DNA of 64,000 bases from Candidatus Poribacteria bacterium. Lineage in GTDB: Bacteria; Poribacteria; WGA-4E; PCPOR2b. This document shows, one piece after another, positions 31,283-40,632 of the stretch. A program made the position numbers and the translations under genes. The stretch is from the NCBI GenBank assembly GCA_965198175.1, contig OZ240245.1:2464001-2528000 (forward strand), given 5' to 3'. The notes under the pieces were generated by a model. That model saw only the letters and a program-made list of their open reading frames with translations, was not told where the DNA came from and did not search any database. Positions within the stretch are counted from its first letter, which is position 1. Every line of letters starts with the position of its first letter.

Positions 31283-31834
31283 ATGACTAAGATAAAATTC
31301 GGGATAGTGCGAGATTCGATAGCATTTGGCGCTGCCCTTCTAATTCTAATAACTTGCTGCGGTTGTGAAGAGTCGAATCCAATTGCAATGATTGAGACCG
31401 ACAAAGGAAGAATTGCCGTCGAACTCTACCCTGAAGCAGCACCCAAAACGGTCGAGAACTTTATAACCCTCATTCAGCAGGGGTTCCACGATGGACTCAT
31501 ATTTCATCGATATGGACCCGGATTTGTGATTCAAGGAGGCGATCCGAAGGGAGATGGGACGGGTGGACCGCCGTGGAAAATCCCCGGGGAGTTTCAAGAT
31601 CCTGAACTTCGCGAGAAAATGCCTAAACATGAAAAAGGTGTCGTTGCAATGGCACGTTCCACCGATTCCAATTCCGCGGGAAGTCAGTTCTACATCTGTC
31701 TGAATCCAGAGCCCAATCGCTATCGACATCTTGAAGGGAAATACACCACATTTGGACGTGTAATCGAAGGCTTAGATGTAGTTGATCAGCTGCGCAAGGG
31801 GGACAAGATTAATCGGGTTACACTGAAGCATTAG
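31283..31834 (+). CDS. Cyclophilin-type peptidyl-prolyl isomerase, probably exported/lipoprotein
   Basis: APKTVENF, FHR..GFVIQGGDP, AMAR, SAGSQFYI, YTTFGRV; hydrophobic N-terminus. Confidence 0.93.
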   Translation: MTKIKFGIVRDSIAFGAALLILITCCGCEESNPIAMIETDKGRIAVELYPEAAPKTVENFITLIQQGFHDGLIFHRYGPGFVIQGGDPKGDGTGGPPWKIPGEFQDPELREKMPKHEKGVVAMARSTDSNSAGSQFYICLNPEPNRYRHLEGKYTTFGRVIEGLDVVDQLRKGDKINRVTLKH

Positions 31835-32082
31835 AGAGAGCAAATCAAACCGAATAAGATGATTTTCTTCTTTCTTGATTTCCGACTACTCTGTATCGAA
31901 GTCATTGCTTCAGCTGGGGCGCTTCTCTCCAACGACTACATGAATCCAGCCTCTAATATCATCCTCCAAATGTGTTATCATTTTAAATTTTATGATGTGT
32001 GCTCGTCAATCGTTGACCGTAAATATTGGGTGTTAGGTGTTCCTAATGCCCAATACCTGTTTTAGAAAGGACTTAATAACGT

Positions 32083-33144
32083 ATGGAAGAATGGAAACGT
32101 CTAGTTCGGGATTCCGTGAACACTCCCGATAAGCTTGCTGCCATTTTCGATGTCGACATCGAAGAGATGCGGCGCGTTCACGAAGTATTTCCAATTCGCA
32201 TTAATCCCTACTATTTGAGCCTGATTGAGAAGCCCGGGGATCCGATTTGGAAGCAAGTTGTTCCGGATCCAAAAGAGCTTATCAGATCAGGCGTTGAAGA
32301 GGATGACCCCCTCCATGAGGAGGACGATAGTGAGGTCCCCAATGTTACGCATCGGTATCCGGACCGCGCCTTGTTTTATGTCAACTACATGTGCCCGATC
32401 TACTGCCGATTTTGCACCCGGAAACGCAAAGTTGGCGACCCAGATTCGATTCCAGATGGAAGTATTGAGATGGGCTTGCAGTATCTCCGCGAACACGCTG
32501 AGGTGCACGATGTAATCATATCCGGTGGCGATCCGCTCATGCTGACTGACCGCAAAATCGATTACATCGTGGGCGGACTCCGTGCAATCGAGCATATTGA
32601 AATAATTCGTATCGGCACCCGAGTACCGGTGACCTTGCCGCAACGTATCACGCCTGAGTTATGTGCTATTCTCAAAAAGCACCATCCTTTCTACATCAAC
32701 ACGCACTTCAACCATCCTCGAGAAATCACGCCAGAAACTACGGAGGCATGCGAAAGGCTGGCTGATGCTGGTATACCGCTCGGCAATCAGTGTGTGCTGC
32801 TTCGGGGCGTCAACGACGATCCAGCAGTCATGGTCGAGTTGATGAAGAATCTCCTTAAAATCCGTGTGAAGCCCTACTATATCTATCAGGCAGATCTCGT
32901 TTATGGAACCGATCACTTCCGCACATCCGTCAAAAAAGGATTTGAGATTATCGCTGCGTTGCGCGGGCATATCTCTGGGCTCGGAGTGCCGCATTATGTG
33001 ATTGACGCCCCCGGCGGCGGCGGTAAAATTGCGCTTATCCCGAACTCAATTGTGTCGTTCGATGATGAAGAAATCAAACTCAGGAACTACGAAGGCAACG
33101 TATATCGTTATCCAAGTACGCCGTTCTACGACGAGGACTGGTAG
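32083..33144 (+). CDS. KamA family radical SAM protein (lysine 2,3-aminomutase-like)
   Basis: HRYPDR, CPIYCRFCTR, SGGDPL, HFNHPRE, DAPGGGGK. Confidence 0.9.
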   Translation: MEEWKRLVRDSVNTPDKLAAIFDVDIEEMRRVHEVFPIRINPYYLSLIEKPGDPIWKQVVPDPKELIRSGVEEDDPLHEEDDSEVPNVTHRYPDRALFYVNYMCPIYCRFCTRKRKVGDPDSIPDGSIEMGLQYLREHAEVHDVIISGGDPLMLTDRKIDYIVGGLRAIEHIEIIRIGTRVPVTLPQRITPELCAILKKHHPFYINTHFNHPREITPETTEACERLADAGIPLGNQCVLLRGVNDDPAVMVELMKNLLKIRVKPYYIYQADLVYGTDHFRTSVKKGFEIIAALRGHISGLGVPHYVIDAPGGGGKIALIPNSIVSFDDEEIKLRNYEGNVYRYPSTPFYDEDW

Positions 33145-33262
33145 AAGCTTATCCGTAACAAATACACATACGCATGAAGGTCAAAGGTAAGATGCATTTA
33201 TTGACAAGGAGCAATTATCTAGGTTTCGCGTGGACGCCTGATAACTTAAGGAGTAGGTTATC

Positions 33263-34882
33263 TTGACCAAGCTGCAAATTCGACCGATGGTCATTATCAT
33301 TCGCGATGGCTGGGGCTGCAACCCCTATCCGGAATGGAACAAAGCAAACGCCGTTTATCTCGCCAAAACACCGGTCGAAAATCAGCTTATGAAGGAATAT
33401 CCGCATGCGTTAATCCGCACGTCAGGCGAAGATGTCGGTGTACCAGCGGGGGTCATCGGAAATAGCGAGGCAGGTCACCTGAACATTGCAGCGGGGCGGA
33501 TTGTGAATCAAGAAATTTTACGAATCAGCGAAATGGTCCGCTCCGGTAAGCTCTCAAAAAACAAAACGTTGATCGCTGCCATGAACCACGTCAAAGAACG
33601 CGGCAGCTACCTTCACCTTATAGGGCTGGCAAGCAACGCCAGTGTGCATAGTACAATAGAGCATCTTTACAGCTTGCTCGCGTTAGCAAAAGAAACAGGT
33701 GTCTCCGCTAATCGTGTGCTTGTTCACAACTTTGCCGATGGTCGCGACAGCCCACCGACTAGCGGCATTGACTTCTGCCGACAGATAGAGGCAAAACTGA
33801 AGGAAATTAGCGTCGGACGAGTTGCTTCAGTTGTTGGTCGATACTATGCCATGGACCGTGACGACCGTTGGGAACGTGTGGAAATGGCTTACCGCCTTCT
33901 GACTGAGGGCTATGGACATCGTGCCAAGTCTGCGGCAGAAGCCTATCAACGTTACTACAATCATCCAACTGAGAGGAATCGTACTGGGGACGAGTTCATC
34001 GAGCCGACAGTTATCACAGACGATCGCGGTCATCCTCTGCCTTGCGTCTGTGATGATGATGCGGTTATCTTTTACAACTTCCGTGGTGACAGACCGCGGG
34101 AGCTCTGTAAGGCATTCTGCCTCACAGAATTTCCGTTTGAAGGAGTCGGGAAAGATGGCGTGATTCGGAAAATGGGTTTTGAACGTAGGAAGAAACCGGA
34201 AATCGAGTTTGTTACGATGACCCAATACGAAAAGGGGCTCCCAGTTGCCGTGGCACTGCCAAAGCCGCCCAAGATGCACAACATTTTGGGCGCCTACGCT
34301 AGCGATATAGGATTGGCGCAGTTTCGTTGCGCCGAAACCGAGAAATTTCCACACGTCACCCTCATGTTTAACGACTACCGCGACGAACCGTTTGATCGAG
34401 AAGATCGTCAGCTCATTCCATCGCCGCGCAATGTGTCGACCTACGATCAAAAACCCGAAATGTCCGCTCCCGAAGTTACTCAGGAAGTGCTTCGTCGTAT
34501 TGAATCGGACAGATACGACTTAATCATCCTCAACTACGCAAATGGTGATATGGTCGGTCATACAGGATCGCTTCCAGCCGCAATCAAAGCGGTGGAAACA
34601 GTAGACGCGTGCGTCGGCAAGGTGATTGATGCAGTGATAAACAAAGGCGGTTCATTAATCGTGACCGCAGATCACGGCAACTGCGAACAGATGATTCATC
34701 CCGAAACCGGGGCGCCGCACACAGCGCATACAATGTATGACGTCGCCTTCATCGTTGTCGATAATCGCTTTAAGGGGCGCCAACTGAAGACCGACGGCAG
34801 ACTTGCGGATGTTGCTCCGACCGCGTTAAAACTGCTCGGTTTGAATCAGCCCTCCGAAATGACCGGGCAATCGCTAATTTGA
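33263..34882 (+). CDS. gpmI: 2,3-bisphosphoglycerate-independent phosphoglycerate mutase
   Basis: GNSEAGH, GRYYAMDRD, AETEK, DMVGHTG, TADHGN. Confidence 0.96.
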   Translation: MTKLQIRPMVIIIRDGWGCNPYPEWNKANAVYLAKTPVENQLMKEYPHALIRTSGEDVGVPAGVIGNSEAGHLNIAAGRIVNQEILRISEMVRSGKLSKNKTLIAAMNHVKERGSYLHLIGLASNASVHSTIEHLYSLLALAKETGVSANRVLVHNFADGRDSPPTSGIDFCRQIEAKLKEISVGRVASVVGRYYAMDRDDRWERVEMAYRLLTEGYGHRAKSAAEAYQRYYNHPTERNRTGDEFIEPTVITDDRGHPLPCVCDDDAVIFYNFRGDRPRELCKAFCLTEFPFEGVGKDGVIRKMGFERRKKPEIEFVTMTQYEKGLPVAVALPKPPKMHNILGAYASDIGLAQFRCAETEKFPHVTLMFNDYRDEPFDREDRQLIPSPRNVSTYDQKPEMSAPEVTQEVLRRIESDRYDLIILNYANGDMVGHTGSLPAAIKAVETVDACVGKVIDAVINKGGSLIVTADHGNCEQMIHPETGAPHTAHTMYDVAFIVVDNRFKGRQLKTDGRLADVAPTALKLLGLNQPSEMTGQSLI

Positions 34883-34885
34883 TGT

Positions 34886-36019
34886 TTGGCGTCGCCCATA
34901 ATCCCTCACGATCGAACAGTAAACCCAGCGTATCGCAGTGTGCCCAACAACATGATGCACATCCCGCTAATCACAACGACTGGACGGACAGATCAAAACC
35001 CGGGAGATACCTTCGTCGGCGTGGGGCTTCAGTACCTTTTCGAAAAGGTGTTGGGTCCTCAAGTGTGGGTGCTCATTGACCGCTTCAGCCCAAACGGGTT
35101 CCGGAACCATGAAGATTTGGTCCGAAGTGCGCCTTTTCTCGTCTATGGTGGGATGCCGCAATATAATAACTACGACGACTGGAAGCACTGGTACGACGAT
35201 GCCATGTGGCGCGATTTTATCATTCGCTGGAGACTAAAAATCTTCACCATGGCGGGTGGAGCCGGTTTTTCGCACTCAAACATCAGTCTCAATGAGTATG
35301 TCGCACACTGCATGCGGAGTAATAAAACAGAGCGGATTATTCGTCAGCGGGTTGGACCGAGTCTCTGCTTCACCGTCCGCGATGTGTATGCGCATGCCTT
35401 GCTGAATACCCTCAACATACCGAATAACCACCTACCGTGTCCTTCGATCTGGGCAACCAAGATGTGGCAGATTGAACCGACGCAAGACCGACCGTATTTG
35501 CTGTTGGTGCCGCCATCAATCCGCCATGCCCCAAAGCGGGCTGATGGCAAACGTCTCCCCCGCCGTAGAAGACGCGAACTGTTCGCATCGCAGTGGAAGG
35601 GCTTCTATACAGCGCTCAAGGAAAGCGGTCACAACGTTAAGACAATCTGTCACGGCTATAGGGAACATACCGCCCTCCGCGATGCCATTCCCCCCGACGA
35701 TCTCTGGTATCATGGTGATTGCTACACGCTGTTACGCCAATATGCGTCCGCACACACCGTTGTATCAGCACGGCTTCACGGGAGCCTCCCCGCCTATGGG
35801 CTTTGCGGAACGCGGGTATTGAATATCTCCGTAGACGTTCGCGGTACTGCTGTTCAAATCTTTCCCAAAATTCGAGACCTCCAGGTCGGCAACGCTAGTC
35901 CGGAAATACTTCTGTCCACAATCGCCGAACTCGAACCCTCCGAACCGGCGGATCTGCACCCCTGGGAAAGGCAGTATCAGGAGATCATTCAAACCGCACT
36001 GCCCAATGACGTTAGTTAG
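34886..36019 (+). CDS. Polysaccharide pyruvyl transferase family protein
   Basis: NPGD, TVRD, SARLHG motifs; true start may be ATG at 34952. Confidence 0.65.
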   Translation: MASPIIPHDRTVNPAYRSVPNNMMHIPLITTTGRTDQNPGDTFVGVGLQYLFEKVLGPQVWVLIDRFSPNGFRNHEDLVRSAPFLVYGGMPQYNNYDDWKHWYDDAMWRDFIIRWRLKIFTMAGGAGFSHSNISLNEYVAHCMRSNKTERIIRQRVGPSLCFTVRDVYAHALLNTLNIPNNHLPCPSIWATKMWQIEPTQDRPYLLLVPPSIRHAPKRADGKRLPRRRRRELFASQWKGFYTALKESGHNVKTICHGYREHTALRDAIPPDDLWYHGDCYTLLRQYASAHTVVSARLHGSLPAYGLCGTRVLNISVDVRGTAVQIFPKIRDLQVGNASPEILLSTIAELEPSEPADLHPWERQYQEIIQTALPNDVS

Positions 36020-36435
36020 CTAACACCTTTCAGTGTCGGTGTTCCTCCCAAACCGTCAATTGTCAAAAGCCATCTCAATCCTCCGACGTTCATCATCTAC
36101 TTCTCTTTGAGAGAGCCTAAATCTAAACTTATGAGAGAAGATATTTTGTGCATCTCTGGTTCCGGAAGATTTGTCCTGTGGATGGCGTGGGCGTGTGCCC
36201 GTTTTCGACATTGATGCTGAGACAACAGGTGTAGACGACGCAACCGACGCCACCAAACCGCGGCTCCCGTCCATCCACGCCCACTTGAAGCTTTTTTCTT
36301 GACATCATAGATGCACCGTTGGTATAGTCATTATCAGTATTTGTCTGGAGAATCAGCGGCTCGGCTATGGCGTAATTGACATTTCTCCAATCTTCGATGA
36401 CCTTAGCTACTCCCTGACTGTTGTCAATTCTGTAG

Positions 36436-37114
36436 ATGCGCCCGTGTTTCCAAATCCGAACAAGCACTATACAACCGAATACACAAACCCAACGCTTACG
36501 ATTGCGTCGAAGGATATCAGGCAGCCTCCTATTGATAAACAAACGCTTCATTAAAGTCACACTGATTGATATTATTGCTGCCATTATTGGTCTCGCCGTT
36601 TTTGAGTGGTTTGACCACACAACTCGCCCCAGTCTCCTTTTTATATGTCTTGGCTCGTGTTTCTATTTGTTTTCATTGTGGTTGGCGGTGTGGCAATCGT
36701 TTTAATCGACATCTCCTCGACTCCGACAAAGACGACAAATAGGCAATTATCATGTTCGTCTATCTATGCTCTTCCATCATCTTTAGTCTTTTGGTTATCG
36801 GACGGTTATCCACAGTATCACTGCCGGCAAGTATCATTGCAGCAATAGTTTATACCGGCGTTGGTGCGCCGTGTGTGTGGAGACTCCTATCGTGGTTGAA
36901 AAGTAGCACAACATGCTACGAGCGTTTTATTACTGGAGTGCTCTCTTTCGAGAGTGCGTGCCTTCTTTACCAATATCTGACCGATAGCCGTGCCTTCGCA
37001 CGTATCTTGAATCCTGTATTCTATCCTATTTTCGAGTGGACTGTCATAGTGATAGTGGTCCTTACTTGTGTGAATTGCGTCTATTTAGTACGACGAAAAG
37101 TGAGGCGGCAATGA
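36436..37114 (+). pseudogene. Multi-pass membrane protein split in two (36436-36705 and 36752-37114), possibly disrupted
   Basis: Two hydrophobic ORFs joinable by one frameshift near 36700 plus an in-frame TAG just before 36752. Confidence 0.35.
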
Positions 37115-37422
37115 AGATTATGATGACCGTCATCTTGTGTGCTGCTATTGTAATAGCAACGATTCGTTACACCAGGCTTGACGCGGGTCTATACGGCGAT
37201 GCGATGAGATATAATGCGATGACAGACTCACAACGGTTTGAATACTGGACTCGAATGCAACCCACAATCAAAGAAGCAATGAATTGGTTGAGGACTGTGG
37301 TTGACGATTCTGAACTTGTAAATGAAATCGAAGAATGGCTCAATGTTGAATACGAAAGAATGACAAAACAACTCGAGGGCGCAAAAAAGTCGAGCGTACC
37401 CGCGCCCGGCGATAACCCTTAA
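37111..37422 (+). CDS. Hypothetical protein with N-terminal TM/signal segment
   Basis: ATGA overlap with upstream ORF; MKIMMTVILCAAIVIA. Confidence 0.6.
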   Translation: MKIMMTVILCAAIVIATIRYTRLDAGLYGDAMRYNAMTDSQRFEYWTRMQPTIKEAMNWLRTVVDDSELVNEIEEWLNVEYERMTKQLEGAKKSSVPAPGDNP

Positions 37423-37440
37423 AAACATAGGAGATTCAAG

Positions 37441-37908
37441 ATGAGTAATGACTCGAACGTTCTGTTATTTATTTCTATAAAGATAGAGATTGGTGATGGC
37501 CCGAAAACCATTCGTATAAGACCCGCGGCGATGGAGATTAAAGAACGCTGGACGGAATATGGACGAGAGCTTTGTTTCTCTGATATAAAGCAAAGACCAG
37601 GGGCGAAGCGGATTCGTGACCTCTTGAAGGATGAAGGAAATTACCTTTACGTTTATCCCGATCCCGGAAGAAGTCGCCCAGAAATCACATTGGAGTCAAT
37701 ATTTACAACCACAGGGACAATGCCAGATACTGTATTAGGTAACATTCCTGATGAAATCAAAGACTATAAATGCGATTTAGCTGCTCAATGTGTGCTTGAT
37801 GAGGTTGAAAATAAAGGGCACCAAGAAGCTGAAGAATATCTTAATATAAGGATTCAGATAGTATCAGACAATGAGATAATCTTAACGCCTTATGATGACA
37901 ACTCCTAA
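37441..37908 (+). CDS. Hypothetical protein
   Basis: AGGAG before ATG; 155 aa; no family recognised. Confidence 0.7.
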   Translation: MSNDSNVLLFISIKIEIGDGPKTIRIRPAAMEIKERWTEYGRELCFSDIKQRPGAKRIRDLLKDEGNYLYVYPDPGRSRPEITLESIFTTTGTMPDTVLGNIPDEIKDYKCDLAAQCVLDEVENKGHQEAEEYLNIRIQIVSDNEIILTPYDDNS

Positions 37909-37929
37909 CATTGTCCATCGGACAATGTT
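37907..37929. promoter_or_regulatory. Perfect palindrome, candidate operator or hairpin
   Basis: AACATTGTCC-ATC-GGACAATGTT. Confidence 0.55.
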
Positions 37930-37964
37930 TACTCGTGATAACTTGAAAGAGGGGAGGTGTACAG

Positions 37965-38180
37965 ATGAATTCAGTGCTTGAAAAAACCATAAGACCGTGT
38001 CAGACAATAACCATGAAGGATTCAAAAGGACGTATATCTGACATCGTGCTAGAAAACTCAGGTTTTAAGGTTGGCGATGAAATTGTTATAGAATTTTGGG
38101 ATTCGTACACAATAGACCCAACACCGCCAATACTCCGCATAAAAACTGAAGTAATGGCGAAACATGAATACGATGTTTAA
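37965..38180 (+). CDS. Small protein, possibly SymE/AbrB-like fold
   Basis: GGAGGTG SD; LENSGFKVGDEIVIEF resembles the LExAGFxxGxxVxV pattern. Confidence 0.55.
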   Translation: MNSVLEKTIRPCQTITMKDSKGRISDIVLENSGFKVGDEIVIEFWDSYTIDPTPPILRIKTEVMAKHEYDV

Positions 38181-38202
38181 CAACAAGATTAACTAAGGGT
38201 TG

Positions 38203-38365
38203 TGCCCCCTTTAATATGGCGGCACGCTCAATAGGGTATTTAGAGAGTCTGACATGTGCCTGCCCTTTCGCCCGCGGAGCAACGCCGCCTCTCCTATGAC
38301 GGGACACTCAGTGTTTAAAGGGGCAGACTAGTCCGCTGCCCCACCATGTGGCGCTGGGCCCGTCA
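38203..38365 (+). ncRNA. Candidate structured RNA (unidentified)
   Basis: GC-rich intergenic stretch with several nested stems; no known family recognised. Confidence 0.3.
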
Positions 38366-38389
38366 CCACTTTCCACAAGGAGATTAAAA

Positions 38390-38803
38390 ATGACATTCGA
38401 TATTTTACAAGAACAATTGAATGATGCAAATGAAAAATTAGACATATTTGTTGGTAAGATTTGTGCACTAAATAGGGACGACTACACGCATCTTTCCGCA
38501 GACTCTGGCAGGAGCGGTATCGATGATATTGTGGATAATGTGAAGTACCTAAAGAATAGCCTTAAGGATATGGTCGATATGACAATAACTAACAAACCTG
38601 ATTCAGGTCTCGATCTATCAGATGCAATTGAGCAACAGATTGGCCACGTCAGGGAGGCAATTCAATTGATTAAAGCAAACGTGAAGCAAATCCATCGCCT
38701 CGAACGAGAGAGGTGGTCCGCGCAATGTTCCATTGATAAGTTAATTTGCTCATTAGAAGAACACCTATCTACAACTCGCCCACACTTAACCTCTGCCACG
38801 TGA
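38390..38803 (+). CDS. Hypothetical helical/coiled-coil protein
   Basis: AAGGAG before ATG 38390. Confidence 0.65.
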   Translation: MTFDILQEQLNDANEKLDIFVGKICALNRDDYTHLSADSGRSGIDDIVDNVKYLKNSLKDMVDMTITNKPDSGLDLSDAIEQQIGHVREAIQLIKANVKQIHRLERERWSAQCSIDKLICSLEEHLSTTRPHLTSAT

Positions 38804-38934
38804 CGAAGTACTGCGTATCTTGGAGTCAGGTCAATATTTACCTCCCACTCTTTGTTTAACATTTTTTGCAGTTTTTTTTGCGCACATTCTACTCATATTT
38901 CAATGGGTTTGGCGTAATGCAACGGAGGTTGACG

Positions 38935-39078
38935 GTGAAAAGTAGTTATCTCGCACTTGGAGTTGTTGGATTGATTGTAGGATGTGTAGTAGCATGGTTT
39001 GCCGCGTATAGCGAGTTGCATATGATTGACGATGCGATTGCATACTATCTGTTGCAGTTTATTGAGTTGTTTCTTTAA
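38935..39078 (+). CDS. 47-aa hydrophobic small protein
   Basis: GGAGG before GTG; one or two TM segments. Confidence 0.5.
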   Translation: MKSSYLALGVVGLIVGCVVAWFAAYSELHMIDDAIAYYLLQFIELFL

Positions 39079-39198
39079 GGAGAATTCACGTTGTTCATTT
39101 GTGCTCTTTACAGTGAATCTCCTTGCGAGCGAGCTAAGAAGCAGGAGGGCTTATTGAGGATCGTAGTAGGTAAACCGAAGATGAGGTTGCGGCATTAA

Positions 39199-40440
39199 CT
39201 AAGCGCATGCCAATCGCTGTCGCAATGCAGAGATGCGTTGAAGCACGGGTGGGTGGCTGTAGTTTAGAAACACAGTCAAGGCGTGAGGCGTGAGGTTTCC
39301 GAGGTTGGCGACCGACAAGTTCTTCAGCGCTAAAATCAGGGGTTCCGCCGAACCGGTCGTCTCGGCTGCAAACGTATCGGCTTCATATTCGTGCTTACGA
39401 GATATGGCGTTCATGAGGACAGAAAGAATCAATTCAATCGGCGAATACAGAATAGAAAAAAATACAAGACCCGCGTAGACAGAAACCGCTTCCATTCGAA
39501 ACGCATCAAAAAGCCCCCGGTTATCCATAAAGAGGGACAGGAGAAATAGCAGAATACCCGTATGGACAATGGATAATATCATGCCCTTCAGGATATGTCT
39601 TCTCTTATAATGACCAACCTCGTGAGCGATGATGGCGACCATCTCCTCAATAGAATGCTTTTCCATCAGCGTGTCGAAGAGTGCAATCCGCTTCTTGATA
39701 AAGCCGCTGAAATAGGCGTTGGAATGTGCCGAACGCCTCGACCCATCCATGACACAAATCTCTTTGAGGGCGAATCCCACCTTTTCCGCGTACTGCTGAA
39801 TGACGCTTTTCAGTTCACTATCTTCCAGGGGTGTAAACTTGTTGAACAGCGGTGCAATGACTGTTGTAAACAGCGGTTGAGCAATGATGATGAAAAACGA
39901 CACAAATCCCCAGGCATACAGCCATGCATAGGCGCCGGTTTTCTCAAAGAAGAACAGTAGGCCTCCCAGTAAAATAGAACCTAAAATGATAACCAAACAG
40001 TAGCTTTTGACCTTATCTAGCACATACACCTTTGCGGTCATCTTATTGAATCCAAATCGTTCTTCAATGACAAAATTGCTGTAGAGAACGAACGGAATCG
40101 AGATGATGTCTTGTGCAAAATAGAGTAATCCGAAGAAGACCAGACCTGTAAGAATCGGGGCTAGTTCGAGTCCCCGCGCGAACTCATCTACTAGGTTGAA
40201 TCCGCCCAGCACAATGAAGGCGGCAATCAATATCAAATCAAACGTAGAAGAAACATACGCAAATTTCGCCTGCGCCCTGGTGTACTCCTGTGACTGGCTG
40301 TATTTCTCTTCGTCATAAAATCCGCTAAATTCATCGGGCAACGTTTTATCCAGCGATTTCAGGTTTAGATAGCGCGCTACACTGCGGAGTACAAATCCTC
40401 CAATTAGTGCAATAAGTATAATAGCTAGGTATATGTTCAT
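39199..40440 (-). CDS. Ste24-like M48 metallopeptidase
   Basis: EERFGFNK, NAYFSG, HEVGH, EYEAD, YSHPP. Confidence 0.93.
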   Translation of the reverse strand: MNIYLAIILIALIGGFVLRSVARYLNLKSLDKTLPDEFSGFYDEEKYSQSQEYTRAQAKFAYVSSTFDLILIAAFIVLGGFNLVDEFARGLELAPILTGLVFFGLLYFAQDIISIPFVLYSNFVIEERFGFNKMTAKVYVLDKVKSYCLVIILGSILLGGLLFFFEKTGAYAWLYAWGFVSFFIIIAQPLFTTVIAPLFNKFTPLEDSELKSVIQQYAEKVGFALKEICVMDGSRRSAHSNAYFSGFIKKRIALFDTLMEKHSIEEMVAIIAHEVGHYKRRHILKGMILSIVHTGILLFLLSLFMDNRGLFDAFRMEAVSVYAGLVFFSILYSPIELILSVLMNAISRKHEYEADTFAAETTGSAEPLILALKNLSVANLGNLTPHALTVFLNYSHPPVLQRISALRQRLACA

Positions 40441-40506
40441 ATAACTGTCTCGTTTTCCTCTAAAATAGCTGTTTTTTGCACCGCTAGTGATCGATTCAAT
40501 CCTACC

Positions 40507-40577
40507 ATTCTACCAGAAAAGCAATGAGGAATCAATACCCTTTTGCAATTGTCTTTTAACACTTGCCGTGATATACT
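40507..40577. promoter_or_regulatory. Divergent sigma70 promoters
   Basis: Minus TTGATT-N17-TAGAAT (40535-40507); plus TTGTCT-N17-TATACT (40549-40577). Confidence 0.6.
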
Positions 40578-40632
40578 TCCTTTGAAAGAAGAGGGTTGCA
40601 GCGGAACATACTCAATCGAATGAGGGACCTAC

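Noticed and set aside
31835..32082. Lysine riboswitch or small ORF upstream of the KamA-like gene
   Set aside because: No riboswitch consensus; ORF lacks SD and coding character
36056..36620. Minus-strand ORFs 36056-36274 and 36129-36620
   Set aside because: They overlap each other and a plus-strand ORF, and lack motifs or a convincing start
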